Below, piece after piece: positions 20,420 to 32,074 of a stretch of DNA of 64,000 nucleotides. This stretch comes from Nitrosopumilus sp. (GTDB taxonomy: Archaea; Thermoproteota; Nitrososphaeria; Nitrososphaerales; Nitrosopumilaceae). The notes beneath the pieces were generated by a model. The model searched no databases. It saw only the letters and a list, made by a program, of their open reading frames with translations, and had not been told where the DNA came from. Location: NCBI GenBank assembly GCA_963662625.1, contig OY759726.1, forward strand, positions 1,344,001 through 1,408,000, in the 5' to 3' direction. The number at the start of each line of letters is the position of its first letter. Positions within the stretch are counted from its first letter, which is position 1. The position numbers were made by a program, and so were the translations under genes.

Positions 20420-21458
20420 TGTAGTATATGTAAAGTCGATCCGCTAGTCATCCGTCTCCGCCTCCATCCATCCCGGGTTGCTCTCCTGATCGCTTCCACG
20501 GCCTCCTTGTCATGGAAGGCCTTCAGCGGGGTCTGGTAGTTGTCTATGTCCAGCGACCAGTGAAGCCTGCCCTCGTTGTAGTACGCCATGTACTCGGACA
20601 TGCTCCCGCGGTGCAATGTCCCGTCCTCCACGCTCCGGAAGAACCTCCCGGTCTTCCCGTTGGTCTGGGGGTGCTGCGGCCTGGAGTTCATGGGCCCGGC
20701 GCCCCGGTCCAGCAGCTCCGCCCCGGACGCGGTGGGCTTCCACGACCGGGGAGGGGCCTTCCTGCGGCCGTTCCGGCCCACGAGGCACGAGCCGTTGCCG
20801 GGGAGCACGGTAGCCGGCGTGCCGAACCGCCCGATCGCGCCCCTGGGCGCCGGCACGGCGTTCCCCGGCATGGCCTGCGCGAGCACGCGCGCGGCCACCG
20901 CGCACCGCGAGGCGCCGCCCGGGTACGCGGCCAGCCGGGGCCCCCTGAACCGGGGATCCCTCGTCCCGTGCCAGCCCGCGTGCCACGTGGCATCCGGGCA
21001 TTTGCGTCCGTGGCGCACCCGCTTGCGCCTCCCCGGTTTTGCGGCAGACGCGGCCACCGCCCCGGCCTTCTTCAATATCCGGCATGCGGAGCAGTAGCTC
21101 ACGTCATGGTCCCTCATGAGGCGCCTCGCAGTGCGCGCCACGCCTGCAGGGCGCCTCCCGTGGACGCCGGTGACCAGCCGTATCATGGCGGCGGTCATGC
21201 AGGCGCGCGGCCTGCCCGTTCCCGCCGCCGCCGTTCCGGTCCCCGGGAACCCCACCCACGGCCCCCGCACGTGCCTGGCGGTGATTCCCAGATCCCGCGC
21301 CACTTGGGATGACGGCATGCCCTTCTTTCGATGCCTGATCAGGTACTTCCGGGACCCCCCAGCAAGTCTCCCTGTCATGACTTTCCGTGATCGGTACAGC
21401 CTAAAATGGCCGGCTACCGCCCTCTTGATCCGGCGCGGACCGACTTTCCGTACAATTG
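20420..21458 (-). pseudogene. degenerate IS481-family element (rve integrase core)
   Basis: HPQTNGKTGRFFRS and YYNEGRLHWSL motifs; imperfect IRs (tgtagtatatgtaaagtcgatccg / cggaccgactttccgtacaa); catalytic acids lost. Confidence 0.75.
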
Positions 21459-21459
21459 A

Positions 21460-21900
21460 GGGGCCATCGGGAAGCACGGGAAGCCCGCTGCCGTCATGAC
21501 CGACCACGGCTCCCAGCCCTGCACCAACGAGGAGGCCCAGGAGAGGGGCGTGAACATGTCCGGGAGGGAACTCGCGGGGCTGGGGATACGCCAGGTTCTG
21601 GCCGGCGTCGGGCACCCCCAGGCCAACGGCAAGCTGGAGAGGCCCCGCGGGGAGATCCAGCGCAAGCTGCGAGTCCGGGGAGATGGTGGTGGGGAAGAGC
21701 CAGCCCGACCGGCCTGTTCATGGAGTGGCACGGCAACCAGCGGCCCCACATGTCGCTGGATTGGGAGGGGCAGGAGACACCCGCGCAGGCGTTCGCGAGG
21801 AAGATGCCCTAGCAGGGAGATCGTCACAGACAGGCAGACGGGGGAGGAATATAATGCAACATGGGGGGGGGGCGCGAACTACTTTCTGGATCCCATAACA
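21460..21900 (+). pseudogene. second IS481-family 3' fragment
   Basis: TDHGSQ, HPQANGKLER and frameshifted RPHMSL; ends in ...ACA. Confidence 0.7.
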
Positions 21901-21994
21901 TAATTTTCATATACTGCAATTCCTGATGATGGTGTAACGTTGCACCTTATACGTAGTTTCAAATACGGGTGGGGGGGGGGGTCGTACATAGGAC

Positions 21995-24900
21995 ATGCGC
22001 CCTATTCTGCTTAGTGTGCTTGTCGTAGCATGTGTGGCAGCCGTCGGCAGCTTCGGCGCGGCACATGGGCAGGCCGACACCACCACGTTTATAACCAAGT
22101 GGAAGACGACCGCGGCCAACGAGTCCGTGACCCTCCCGATTACGGTAGCCAGCGGCAGCTACACGGTGGACTGGGGCGACGGCACCGCCGACACCACCGG
22201 GAGTGCGGCGAACCCCACACACACGTACGCCACGACAGGAACCCACACCGTCACGGTCAGTGGTAACCTTTCCAGAATCCACCTGGGGGGAGACTCGTCC
22301 AACGCGGCCAAACTGGTCTCCATAGACCAGTGGGGCGACTCCCGCTGGACCACGATGGCGTCGGCATTCCGGGGCGCCGCCAACATGGCATACAACGCGA
22401 CGGATGCCCCAGACCTGTCCGGCGTAACAGATATGAGCCGCATGTTTAAAAGCGCGTTCCACGTCCAACCCCACTCCCACGACCTGTCGGGCTGGGACGT
22501 CTCAAACGTAACCAACATGTCCTCCATGTTCGAGCACACAAACGCCTTTAATGCTGACATCTCCTCCTGGGACGTGTCATCCGTGACTAACATGTCTAAT
22601 ATGTTCCACCTCACCTCCTCCTTCGACCAGCCCCTCAACTCATGGGACACCTCAAGCGTCACCAGCATGCGCAGCATGTTCTCCGGCGCCTCCTCCTTCG
22701 ACCAGCCCCTCTCCTCCTGGGACGTCTCGTCGGTGACGGACATGTCCGCCATGTTCTTCAGCTCCGATTTCAACCAGCAGATCGACTCCTGGGACGTCTC
22801 GTCGGTGACGAACATGTACCGCATGTTCCATGACTCCGATTTCAACCAGCAGATCGACTCCTGGGACACCTCGAGTGTCATCCACATGTCCTATATGTTC
22901 GCCCGGGCCTCCTTCGACCAGCCCCTCAACTCATGGGACACCTCAAGCGTCACCAACATGCGCAGCATGTTCCACGACGCCTCCTCCTTCGACCAGCCCC
23001 TCAACTCATGGGACACCTCAAGCGTCACCAGCATGCGCAGCATGTTCTCCGGCGCCTCCTCCTTCGACCAGCCCCTCTCCTCCTGGGACGTCTCGTCGGT
23101 GACGGACATGTCCTCCATGTTCTCCGGCATCTCCTCCTTCGACCAGCCCCTCAACTCATGGGACACCTCAAGCGTCACCAACATGCGCAGCATGTTCTCC
23201 GGCGCCTCCTCCTTCGACCAGCCCCTCTCCTCCTGGGACGTCTCGTCGGTGACGGACATGTCCTCCATGTTCTCCGGCGCCTCCTCCTTCGACCAGCCCC
23301 TCAACTCATGGGACGTCTCGTCGGTGATGTACATGTCCTCCATGTTCTCCGGCGCCTCCTCCTTCGACCAGAACCTGGGGGAGTGGTATATAGTACCGGC
23401 AGACACGGAGGTCAAGGAAAGCAGCACCGCAGTCACCACTGTCGCCGCCAAGGCCCCCTACCTCAACGACCAGCCCCTGTCTTATAAGGTGACGCAGAGC
23501 GGCGACGGAACCCAGTTTACCATGCACGGCTCCAATCTCAAGTCCGTCCAGGCATCCTATGCCAAGGACTCGTACGACATCACCATCACCACCCAGGACT
23601 CGCTCGGCATGCAGGCGATCCACTCCAAGTCCGTGACCATCAGCGTGGTGCGGATCGAACCGCGTGCGGCAGTCACCGGGCCAAACGAAATCACCGTGGT
23701 CTTCTCCGAGGCTGTAACCGCAAAACAGGGCGACTTTACCGGCCTGGAGCTGGATCCGGTGGGATCCAGGGACATCACCGGGATTGTCGGCTCCGGCACC
23801 AACACCATAACACTGGACTTTTCCGGCACGCCGGTGCCGACAGACGCGTCGGGAACCATTGACGTCGGCAGTGGCATCAGGTACCTTAACCAGTCCGCGC
23901 TCCGGGCGCATCCCGACCTGCCGGTGTCAGACGGCCAGCCTCCGACCCTTGGGGTGTCCATAACGTCGTCGGGGCCACAACCACACATCGCCAGGGCCGG
24001 CGACACCATAACCCTTTCGTTTACATCGTCCGAGGCAATCGGCATACAGGGCGTGACCATTAACGGGAGCGAGGCGGATCCGGCCAACACCGCAGGCTAC
24101 TCTTGGAGGGCGATCAAGGTCGTGGGCCCCGAAGACGACATCGGGGCGGTACAGTTCTTGATCGACGTGGCAGACGGCGCAGGAAACACTGCCCGGGTAG
24201 GTGCCACCACCGACGGCACGTACGTGGTCATCGCGGGCGCGGACTCGTTCATAACCACTTGGGAGACCAACGTGCCGGGCCAGCACGTGACCATCCCAGT
24301 GTCGGACGCCACCGGCAGCTATACCGTGGACTGGGGCGATGGCAGCTCCACCGCGGAGTCGGGCGACGCAGTGCACGCGTACGCCGCAGCCGGCACCTAC
24401 ACGATCCAGGCGCTGGGCGACTTTACAAGGATATATCTTGGCGGCGATCGGGACAACGCGGTGAGGCTGGCCTCCATAGACCAGTGGGGAACTGTTCAAT
24501 GGGGCACCATGGCGTACGCGTTCGCGGGCGCGGCCAACGCGGAATACGGCGCGCCCGACACCCCCGACCTGTCAGTGGTCACCGACGCCAGGCACATGTT
24601 CCGCGGCGCGTCGTCGCTGGACGGTGACGTCTCCGGCTGGGACGTCTCGGGCATCGACAACATGAACTCCATGTTCCGCGATGCGTCGTCGTTCAACGCC
24701 GACGTCTCCGGCTGGGACGTCTCGAGCGTCACCAACATGAACGCCATGTTCTCGGGAGCCTCCAGTTTCAACGCCGACATCTCCGGCTGGGATGTCTCCA
24801 AGGCGGCCTACATGGCAGACATGCTGTCGAGCGCCTCGTCGTTTGACCGGAACCTGGGGGAATGGTACATAGTGCTCGCGGACTCCTCCGTGGACCGGAA

Positions 24901-26389
24901 CCAGACGGAGGTCACGCCCATCTCGGCCAAGGCCCCCTACCTGGACTCCCTGCAGCTTGAATACGCAGTGGAGCAGGAGGGTGACGGGGTGCAGTTCACC
25001 GCAAGCGGCCGCACACTCCAGTCAAAGTCGACCGACTATTCCAAGGACTCGTACGACATCACCATCACCGTCCCGGACGTGCTCGGGCTGGGCGCCTCAC
25101 ACTCCAAGGATGCCACCATCACCGTGACGGGCGCCGCGCAACCGCCCGACCCAGACCCGGCCCCTGACCTCCTGTCCGCCTCGGTAACGGGGCCCAACGC
25201 CTTCACCGTGGCCTTCACCGAGCCAGTCACCGTGGCACCGGGCGACTTTGCAAACCTGGTTCTGTCCCCCGGGGGCGCCAGGGACGTTACCGGGGTCTCG
25301 GGCTCGGGCACGGCAGCCGTCACGGTCTCCTTTGGCGGCGCCGCCGCATCCACCGCGGCCACCGGGACGGTCGACGTCGGCACCGGCATCGCGGACATCA
25401 CGGGCAACGCGTTTGCGGGGGCGGCAGGCACCCCACTGTCAGACGGCCAGGCGCCGGAACTCCTGTCCGGCGCGGTCACGTGGCCCGACGAGATCGAGGT
25501 GCAGTTCTCAGAGCCCGTCACAGCGGAGCCGGGAGACTTTACGAACCTAGTCCTGTCGCCGGGGGGCCCGCGACAGGTAACCGGCGTGTCGGGCCCGGGG
25601 CCGGGCGTCATCGCGGCGTCGTTCGCGGGAGGGGCAGCCTCCGTGGACGCCACCGGGACGGTCGACATCGGCACCGGCATTGCGGATCTCGCGGGCAACG
25701 CGTTTGCGGGGAGTGTCGGGACGGAGCTGGCAGACGGCCAGACGCCGTTCGTCCAGGGGACCGTATTCTTGGATGCCGACGGCGACGGCGTGCAGGACGC
25801 GGGGGAGCTGGGAATGCCGGGGTACACCATGTATGCCATCGACCTTGCGGACCCGAACACGTTCTTCAGGGCCACCACGGCGGCCGACGGCTCGTACAAG
25901 TTCGACCGGTTTGGCAAGTCCCAGGTGGTGACGCTGGTCCAGACGTGGTACTTCCCGTTCGACCACACCATCACCACGGGGCCGTTCTACGCGTACCTGG
26001 AGCCCGACCTAAGCAAGACCCACACGTTTAACGTCGGGTTCCGCGAGGTGCTGCCGTCCGAGATGGTCACCCTCAACATCACGGCGTTCCGCGACCTCGA
26101 CTCGGACGGGATATGGGACACCGGGGAGCCCGAGTTTCCCGGGGTGATTGTCCACACCTACACGTACACCACTGCGGAGCTGGAGGCAGTGGTGGCCGGC
26201 CCTGACGGCACCGTGGCCAAGACCGACCTGGTTCCGGCCGACTGGCTTGCCCGGGTGATACCATCCGACGGCTACGTGGTGACCGCCCCTGAGGGGGCCG
26301 CCACCGGCGTCGTCGGATCGTTCCTTGTGGACGATCCGGCCCCCGGCTCCACGTATTCCATGGTGGCGGGCCTGGCCCCGGACACATGA
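21995..26389 (+). CDS. large secreted DUF285/BspA-like repeat surface protein with Ig-like and SdrD-B-like domains
   Basis: Signal peptide; about 25-aa repeats ([25 protein letters not shown]) in two blocks; YTVDWGDG domains; [11 protein letters not shown]. Confidence 0.88.
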   Translation: MRPILLSVLVVACVAAVGSFGAAHGQADTTTFITKWKTTAANESVTLPITVASGSYTVDWGDGTADTTGSAANPTHTYATTGTHTVTVSGNLSRIHLGGDSSNAAKLVSIDQWGDSRWTTMASAFRGAANMAYNATDAPDLSGVTDMSRMFKSAFHVQPHSHDLSGWDVSNVTNMSSMFEHTNAFNADISSWDVSSVTNMSNMFHLTSSFDQPLNSWDTSSVTSMRSMFSGASSFDQPLSSWDVSSVTDMSAMFFSSDFNQQIDSWDVSSVTNMYRMFHDSDFNQQIDSWDTSSVIHMSYMFARASFDQPLNSWDTSSVTNMRSMFHDASSFDQPLNSWDTSSVTSMRSMFSGASSFDQPLSSWDVSSVTDMSSMFSGISSFDQPLNSWDTSSVTNMRSMFSGASSFDQPLSSWDVSSVTDMSSMFSGASSFDQPLNSWDVSSVMYMSSMFSGASSFDQNLGEWYIVPADTEVKESSTAVTTVAAKAPYLNDQPLSYKVTQSGDGTQFTMHGSNLKSVQASYAKDSYDITITTQDSLGMQAIHSKSVTISVVRIEPRAAVTGPNEITVVFSEAVTAKQGDFTGLELDPVGSRDITGIVGSGTNTITLDFSGTPVPTDASGTIDVGSGIRYLNQSALRAHPDLPVSDGQPPTLGVSITSSGPQPHIARAGDTITLSFTSSEAIGIQGVTINGSEADPANTAGYSWRAIKVVGPEDDIGAVQFLIDVADGAGNTARVGATTDGTYVVIAGADSFITTWETNVPGQHVTIPVSDATGSYTVDWGDGSSTAESGDAVHAYAAAGTYTIQALGDFTRIYLGGDRDNAVRLASIDQWGTVQWGTMAYAFAGAANAEYGAPDTPDLSVVTDARHMFRGASSLDGDVSGWDVSGIDNMNSMFRDASSFNADVSGWDVSSVTNMNAMFSGASSFNADISGWDVSKAAYMADMLSSASSFDRNLGEWYIVLADSSVDRNQTEVTPISAKAPYLDSLQLEYAVEQEGDGVQFTASGRTLQSKSTDYSKDSYDITITVPDVLGLGASHSKDATITVTGAAQPPDPDPAPDLLSASVTGPNAFTVAFTEPVTVAPGDFANLVLSPGGARDVTGVSGSGTAAVTVSFGGAAASTAATGTVDVGTGIADITGNAFAGAAGTPLSDGQAPELLSGAVTWPDEIEVQFSEPVTAEPGDFTNLVLSPGGPRQVTGVSGPGPGVIAASFAGGAASVDATGTVDIGTGIADLAGNAFAGSVGTELADGQTPFVQGTVFLDADGDGVQDAGELGMPGYTMYAIDLADPNTFFRATTAADGSYKFDRFGKSQVVTLVQTWYFPFDHTITTGPFYAYLEPDLSKTHTFNVGFREVLPSEMVTLNITAFRDLDSDGIWDTGEPEFPGVIVHTYTYTTAELEAVVAGPDGTVAKTDLVPADWLARVIPSDGYVVTAPEGAATGVVGSFLVDDPAPGSTYSMVAGLAPDT

Positions 26390-26472
26390 TCGCAGCCCCG
26401 TTGCCCATGGAGACCGATCCCGGGCATGCGTAGCGGCAGGAGGCCGACGCCCAGGGCCCGCGCCGGGGTAGG

Positions 26473-27486
26473 CTAGAGGTTGGCGATGATCTCCCTCGTA
26501 AACCCAGTCGTGGTGCTGTCCCCCCCGATGTCCCTGGTCCTGACGCCTGACCTTACCAGGTCGAATATGGTGGACTCTAGCCTCAGCCCGGCCCTGGTGC
26601 ACTCGGGGTCGGAGTGCTTGGCGCCAAGCCAGTCCGCCATCATCTTTATGGACAGCAGGAACGACGACGGGTTTGCGGCGTCCTTTCCGGCGATGTCGAA
26701 CGCGGCCCCGTGGACCGGCTCGAACAGCGCAAAGTCGTCGCCGATGTTTGCGGCGGGCGCCATCCCCAGCCCCCCAGCCACCTGGGACGACTCGTCGGAC
26801 AGTATGTCCCCGAACAGGTTGGTGGTGACTATGACGTCGAACTTCTCGGGCTGCCTGATGAGGTTCATCGCGCACGCGTCCACGTACATCTGCTCGAAGG
26901 CGACCCCTGGGTACTCCCCGGACACCGCGGCGCACGCCCCCGCGAACAGCCCGTCGGTAACGCGCATCACGTTTGACTTGTGGACGCACGTCACCTTCCT
27001 CATGGTGCCGCGCCTTTCCGCTGCCTCGAACGCGTACCTCGCGATCCTGCGCGAGGCGGCCTCCGAGATCACCCGCAGCGCCACGGCGGAGTCGCCAAGC
27101 GAGAACTCATTCCCCGCGTAAAGGTCCTCGGTGTTCTCCCTCACGATCACCATGTCGATGTCGTCGCGCAGCGACGGCATGCGCGGGTACGACTTCGCGG
27201 GACGGACGTTCGCGTAAAGGTCGAGCTTCCGCCTCAGCACCACGATCACGTCAGCCGCCGACTCGCCCACGGGGGCCTTGAGGCACGCGTCTGACCGCCT
27301 TACGGACTCCAGCGTCCCGTCGGGAAGCGCCGTGCCCGTCCTCTCCAGCGCGGCGTCCCCGGCCTCCAGCTCGGTCACGTCGAACCTTACCCCGAGCTTG
27401 TCGTGGATCGCGCCAAGCACGGAAACCGCGGACTCGGACAGCTCCGGCCCGATCCCGTCGCCGGTTATGAGCGAGATTCTGTACAT
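26473..27486 (-). CDS. leuB: 3-isopropylmalate dehydrogenase
   Basis: GDGIGPE, RENTEDLY, NLFGDILSD and FEPVHGAAFDIAG; adjacent to leuA. Confidence 0.9.
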   Translation of the reverse strand: MYRISLITGDGIGPELSESAVSVLGAIHDKLGVRFDVTELEAGDAALERTGTALPDGTLESVRRSDACLKAPVGESAADVIVVLRRKLDLYANVRPAKSYPRMPSLRDDIDMVIVRENTEDLYAGNEFSLGDSAVALRVISEAASRRIARYAFEAAERRGTMRKVTCVHKSNVMRVTDGLFAGACAAVSGEYPGVAFEQMYVDACAMNLIRQPEKFDVIVTTNLFGDILSDESSQVAGGLGMAPAANIGDDFALFEPVHGAAFDIAGKDAANPSSFLLSIKMMADWLGAKHSDPECTRAGLRLESTIFDLVRSGVRTRDIGGDSTTTGFTREIIANL

Positions 27487-27511
27487 GCCGCCATGCCGCC
27501 GCGTCCGGACT

Positions 27512-29032
27512 TCAGGGGTTGGCCCCCCGCTTCCCGTCGAGCATCCTCTTGAGCATGATCCTGTTCACGCCGTCGATCACCGCCTGGACGCTGGTGGTGA
27601 CGATGTCCTCGCCGACCGACCTGGCGGACACGCTGTTTCCGTGGGTGTCCGCCACCCTGATCGTCACCTCGCACAGCGCGTTGGAGCCGCCGGAGATCGA
27701 GGCCAGCCCGTAGTCCGTTATCCGGAGCTCCGAGATCTTGCCCGTGATCTTCTGGATGGCGTTCAGCGCAGCGTCGACCGGGCCCACCCCGTAGTCCGTC
27801 CTGCTGAATTCCTTCCCGTCTATGTTGAGCTTCACGAACGCGTAGGGCATCGTTCCGATCCCGGTGGATACCGAGAAGCCGGCCAGCTGGACTATCTGCC
27901 TTATCCCGCTGTCCCCGAGTATGCCGCTTGCGATCGACAGCAGCTCCACGTCGGTGATGATCTTCCCCTGGTCGCCGAGCGCCTTGACCTTCTCGAGTAT
28001 CTGCCTTGACTGCGACTCGGTCGGCCTTACCCCGTACTCCCCGAGCATGGCGTTCATGCCGTGGATCCCGGCGTGCTTTCCCACGCGGAGCACGCGCTTG
28101 CGGCCCACGAGTTCCGGGCTGATCGGCTCGTAGGTCAGCGGGTTGCTCAGGATGCCGTGCGTGTGTATCCCGGACTCGTGGCCAAACGCGTTGTCGCCCA
28201 CGATCGCCTTGTTCGGCTGCACCTGGATCCCCACGGTCTTCGACACGAACCTGGACGTGTCATAGATCAGCTCCGACTTTATGCCGGTCTCGTATTTCCG
28301 GTCGTACGGGAGGCACTGCAGCGCCATCGAGAACTCCTCGAGCGACGCGTTGCCCGCCCTCTCGCCAATTCCGTTTATCGTCACGTGCGCGCACGCGGCT
28401 CCCGCCCTGATCCCTGCCAGGGCGTTTGCCACCGCCAGCCCGAAGTCGTTGTGGCAGTGGACGCTCACGGGGAGCCCGGACGCCGCGATGGCGTCCCCGG
28501 TAATCTCCGCCATGTATTCCGGCGTGGAGTACCCCACGGTGTCGGGGATGTCTATCCTGTCGGCGCCCGCGCCCGCCACCTCGCCGAACACCTTCTTGAG
28601 GAACCCCCTGTCGGTCCTGGTGGCGTCCTCGGCGGAGAACTCCACCTGCAGCCCCCTGGACTTGCCGTACTCTACCGCCTCCACTGCCTTTCCGAGGGCC
28701 TGCTCCCGGGTCATCCTGAGCTTGTCCTCCAGGTGGATGTCGGAGGTCGCTATGAACGTGTGGATGTATTCCAGCCCCCCGTCCACCGCCGCGTCGATGT
28801 CCTTCTTGCTGGTCCTCGCCAGCCCGCATACCTCGGCCGAGAGGCCCTCCGCCGTGATCATCCTCACGGCGGCGAGCTCGCCCTCGGAGATCACCGGGAA
28901 GCCGGCCTCGATCGCGTCGACCCCTAGGGCGTCAAGCCTTTTTGCGATGGCCAGCTTCTGATCGGGGGACATCGATATCCCCGGGGTCTGCTCTCCGTCG
29001 CGGAGGGTGGTGTCAAATACCCTGACCCTCAT
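27512..29032 (-). CDS. leuA: 2-isopropylmalate synthase (or citramalate synthase paralogue)
   Basis: DTTLRDGEQ, HCHNDFG, GERAGN, HESGIH and a C-terminal regulatory domain. Confidence 0.88.
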   Translation of the reverse strand: MRVRVFDTTLRDGEQTPGISMSPDQKLAIAKRLDALGVDAIEAGFPVISEGELAAVRMITAEGLSAEVCGLARTSKKDIDAAVDGGLEYIHTFIATSDIHLEDKLRMTREQALGKAVEAVEYGKSRGLQVEFSAEDATRTDRGFLKKVFGEVAGAGADRIDIPDTVGYSTPEYMAEITGDAIAASGLPVSVHCHNDFGLAVANALAGIRAGAACAHVTINGIGERAGNASLEEFSMALQCLPYDRKYETGIKSELIYDTSRFVSKTVGIQVQPNKAIVGDNAFGHESGIHTHGILSNPLTYEPISPELVGRKRVLRVGKHAGIHGMNAMLGEYGVRPTESQSRQILEKVKALGDQGKIITDVELLSIASGILGDSGIRQIVQLAGFSVSTGIGTMPYAFVKLNIDGKEFSRTDYGVGPVDAALNAIQKITGKISELRITDYGLASISGGSNALCEVTIRVADTHGNSVSARSVGEDIVTTSVQAVIDGVNRIMLKRMLDGKRGANP

Positions 29033-29511
29033 ACCCCGCTCCTCTGCAGCGCGGCGACGCCCGTCCGCGCCACGTCGACTATGCCGAACGGCCTTGCCAG
29101 CTCCTCGAAGGCCTTGATCTGGTCAGGGGTGGCGGTGAGCTCCACCATGATGGAGTGCTTCTTGACATCGTGCACCTTGCCGCCGTACGCGTTCGCCAGC
29201 TTGTTGATCTCCATGCTGTCGCTCGCCGCGCTGATCTTGATCTTGAAGATGCACAGCTCGCGGTAGACCGTCTTGTGCTCGTCCAGGTGCTTTACCTCCA
29301 CGGTGTCGATCATCTTGTCAAGCTGCTTGACTATCTGGTCGACCTGCCTCTTGTCGCCAAACGTGGTTATGGTCATCCTGGAGTACTCGGGGTTCTCGGT
29401 TATCCCCACCGAGATGCTGTCTATGTTGAAGTTCCTTGACCTGAACAGGTGGGTCACCTTGAAGAGTATCCCGGGCTTGTTTTCGACTAGGAGGGAGAGG
29501 ATGGACCACAT
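29029..29511 (-). CDS. ilvN: acetolactate synthase small (regulatory) subunit
   Basis: ACT domain VENKPGILFKV...FNIDSISVG, ending in VARTG. Confidence 0.92.
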   Translation of the reverse strand: MWSILSLLVENKPGILFKVTHLFRSRNFNIDSISVGITENPEYSRMTITTFGDKRQVDQIVKQLDKMIDTVEVKHLDEHKTVYRELCIFKIKISAASDSMEINKLANAYGGKVHDVKKHSIMVELTATPDQIKAFEELARPFGIVDVARTGVAALQRSGV

Positions 29512-29516
29512 TGCAA

Positions 29517-31202
29517 TCACGACGGCAGTATCATGTCCGACAGCGACGTCCCGGGGGCCACGAACGGCAGCACGTCCTCCTCCGGGTCGATGGGGATGTC
29601 GATTACGGTGGCAACCTCGCTGCCCAGCGCGGTCTTGATCGCCCTGCCCAGCTCGTCCATCGACTGCGCCCTTATTCCCTGGGCCCCGTAGGATTCCGCA
29701 AGCCTCACGTAGTCCGGGCAGCGCCCCTGGTCCACGCCTATCATCCTCCTCCCGTAGAACGTCCGCTGCCACTGGGCCACCATGCCCAGCGTAAAGTTGT
29801 TCATTATGAACACGATGACCGGGATGTCCTCCAGCACCGCGGTGGCAAGCGAGTTCTCCGTCATGTTGAAGCTGCCGTCGCCGGCGATGTCGACCACCGG
29901 CACGTCGGGCCGTGCCACCTTGGCGCCGATGGATGCCGGGAACCCCCAGCCCATGGTGCCCAGCCCGGTAGAGCTGAAGAACGTCCCCGGCTGGATCACG
30001 TCGTAGAACAGCGACGCCCACATCTGGTGCTGCCCCACCTCCGTGGTGATGACCGAGTCGTGCGGGAGCATCTCCCTGAGCTTCCTCAGTATCTTGGCCG
30101 CGCCCATCTCGCCCGGGTGCAGCTTGAGGTTCTCCTTCCAGTACGCCTTTATCTCCTCCACGTGCTTGATCCACTGGGTGTTCTCCGCCTTGACGCCCTT
30201 CTGCGCAAGCATCTTCACCATTATCCTCAGCGACGCCCGGACGTCGCCCACCACCGCCACCTGGGTGGTCTGGTTCTTCCCTATCTCCGCGGGATCCACG
30301 TCCATGTGTATGATCTTGAGGTGCCTCTCAAAGTCGGCAAAGGTGCCCACCGAGCGGTCCGAGAACCTCGTGCCTATCGCGAGCACGCAGTCTGCCTCGG
30401 TCATGATCCTGTTCGCCTCCGCGTGGCCGTGCATTCCGATCGGGCCCATCGCGAGCGGGTGGTTTTCAGGGAACGCGCCCTTGCCCTTGAACGTGGTCAC
30501 CACGGGGATAGTTAGCAGCTCGGCCACCGCCTGGAGCTCCGCAAACGCGGACGATATTATGGTGCCGCCCCCCGCAAGGATCACCGGCTTTTGCGCGTGG
30601 AGGAGCATCTCTATCGCCTTTTGCACGTTTGCGATGTCGGGGTCGGTCCACGGGTGGTACCCGCGTATCTTGAACTCGTCGGGGAACTCCATCTCGGACT
30701 CGTTCGTCTGCACGTCCTTCGGGACGTCGATCAGCACGGGCCCCGGGCGCCCGGTCTGCGCAATGAAGAATCCCTTTCTCACCACCTCGGGGATCTCGCC
30801 CGCCGTCCTCGGCTGGTACGCGTACTTTACCACGGGGTTTGCCATGCCGATGATGTCGCTTTCCTGGAACGCGTCGCGCCCTATCATGGCCACCGGCACC
30901 TGGCCCGTCACCGCCACCATGGGCGCCGAGTCCGCCTGCGCCGTGGCGATGCCGGTCAGGATGTTGGTGGCGCCCGGGCCCGAGGTGGCAAAGCACACCC
31001 CTGGCTTCCTGCTCACGCGGCCAAAGCCATCTGCCATGTGCGCCGCGGACTGCTCGTGCCTGACCAGGATGTGCCTGATGTCGCACCTGGCAAACTCGTC
31101 ATACATCGGGAGGTTCGCACCCCCCGGTAGGCCAAACACCTCCTTGACGCCCTCCTTCTCCATGGCAGTCATCAGCGCCTTTGCACCTGTCATGCTCGTC
31201 AT
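29517..31202 (-). CDS. ilvB: acetolactate synthase large subunit
   Basis: RHEQSAAHMADG, TSGPGATN and TPP motif GDGSFNM. Start placed at ATG 31202. Confidence 0.95.
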   Translation of the reverse strand: MTSMTGAKALMTAMEKEGVKEVFGLPGGANLPMYDEFARCDIRHILVRHEQSAAHMADGFGRVSRKPGVCFATSGPGATNILTGIATAQADSAPMVAVTGQVPVAMIGRDAFQESDIIGMANPVVKYAYQPRTAGEIPEVVRKGFFIAQTGRPGPVLIDVPKDVQTNESEMEFPDEFKIRGYHPWTDPDIANVQKAIEMLLHAQKPVILAGGGTIISSAFAELQAVAELLTIPVVTTFKGKGAFPENHPLAMGPIGMHGHAEANRIMTEADCVLAIGTRFSDRSVGTFADFERHLKIIHMDVDPAEIGKNQTTQVAVVGDVRASLRIMVKMLAQKGVKAENTQWIKHVEEIKAYWKENLKLHPGEMGAAKILRKLREMLPHDSVITTEVGQHQMWASLFYDVIQPGTFFSSTGLGTMGWGFPASIGAKVARPDVPVVDIAGDGSFNMTENSLATAVLEDIPVIVFIMNNFTLGMVAQWQRTFYGRRMIGVDQGRCPDYVRLAESYGAQGIRAQSMDELGRAIKTALGSEVATVIDIPIDPEEDVLPFVAPGTSLSDMILPS

Positions 31203-31551
31203 TTTACCTTCCAAGTAGCACCCCATAATTTTAATGTGTTAAAGCTTAGGGCGCGCCTTACAGCAGGACGGCCAGCAGAAAAATGCCCGTGTTGTCCGTC
31301 CATGCGCCCATTGAAACCACGTTTATGGCACAATGATAACTAATAAAGATTCTGCAAAGCCCCGGATGGGCGTGGAGCGCGCCGGGAGCCGGGCGCGGGG
31401 CTCCAGCGGCCCGCTGATCCGCCGGCGCAGCAGAACCTGCGCCGTGGAGACGCGGCGGCTGCCTGCAGCGGCGGGGCACGCGGGGCCCGGAAAAGACGCC
31501 CGCCGCGTCAGAAGACTTAAACCGAATATTCTGCAACCAGAGTCGGCTGTT

Positions 31552-31953
31552 TTGTCTGATCGGGAGGATATCATAGGGGTAATCGAGGAGCTCTTTGAGG
31601 CGGGAATCACGAAGGACATGGGCCGGCTCCGGAGCATCCACCTGGACGACCCACGGTTTTCAAGCTTCAGCGACCTGCCCCCGTACGACCTGAAGGACTA
31701 CCAGACGACGATAGAGCTAGAGGAGCTGCGGTTTGTCAGCATATCGGACTATTCCTACCAGATCAGAAACCCGAAGATCAGCGTCTTTGGTGACGTGGCG
31801 GTGGCCGCGATGGAGCTGGATCAGAAGGGGATGCTGGTGGACAACAAGGCATACACCGGCGAGCACATGGCGATCAGTGGGAGGGCCACCTTCGTGCTGG
31901 TGAGGCAGCCTGCGTGGAAGATCGCCCACATCCACCTCTCGAAGACCGGCTGA
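31552..31953 (+). CDS. NTF2/SnoaL-like domain protein
   Basis: ISVFGDVAVA and RATFVLVR...WKIAHIHLS. TTG start inferred. Confidence 0.8.
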   Translation: MSDREDIIGVIEELFEAGITKDMGRLRSIHLDDPRFSSFSDLPPYDLKDYQTTIELEELRFVSISDYSYQIRNPKISVFGDVAVAAMELDQKGMLVDNKAYTGEHMAISGRATFVLVRQPAWKIAHIHLSKTG

Positions 31954-32074
31954 TGGGGGGGGGGCGGACTGCCCGCCCAAAGGCCAGGGAGCCCGAGTCT
32001 GGAGGCGCCCGTGGATCCACTGGAAGGACGCGTCGGCGCGCACCAAATATTAGCCGGCGCCGCCAACCTGCGCC

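Noticed and set aside
20371-21615. 414-aa ORF as an active transposase
   Set aside because: The catalytic acidic residues are substituted, and the N-terminus is the antisense of a second IS fragment.
16476-26389. Diversity-generating retroelement acting on the adhesins
   Set aside because: No reverse transcriptase in the window and no TR/VR pair with adenine-specific mismatches was seen.
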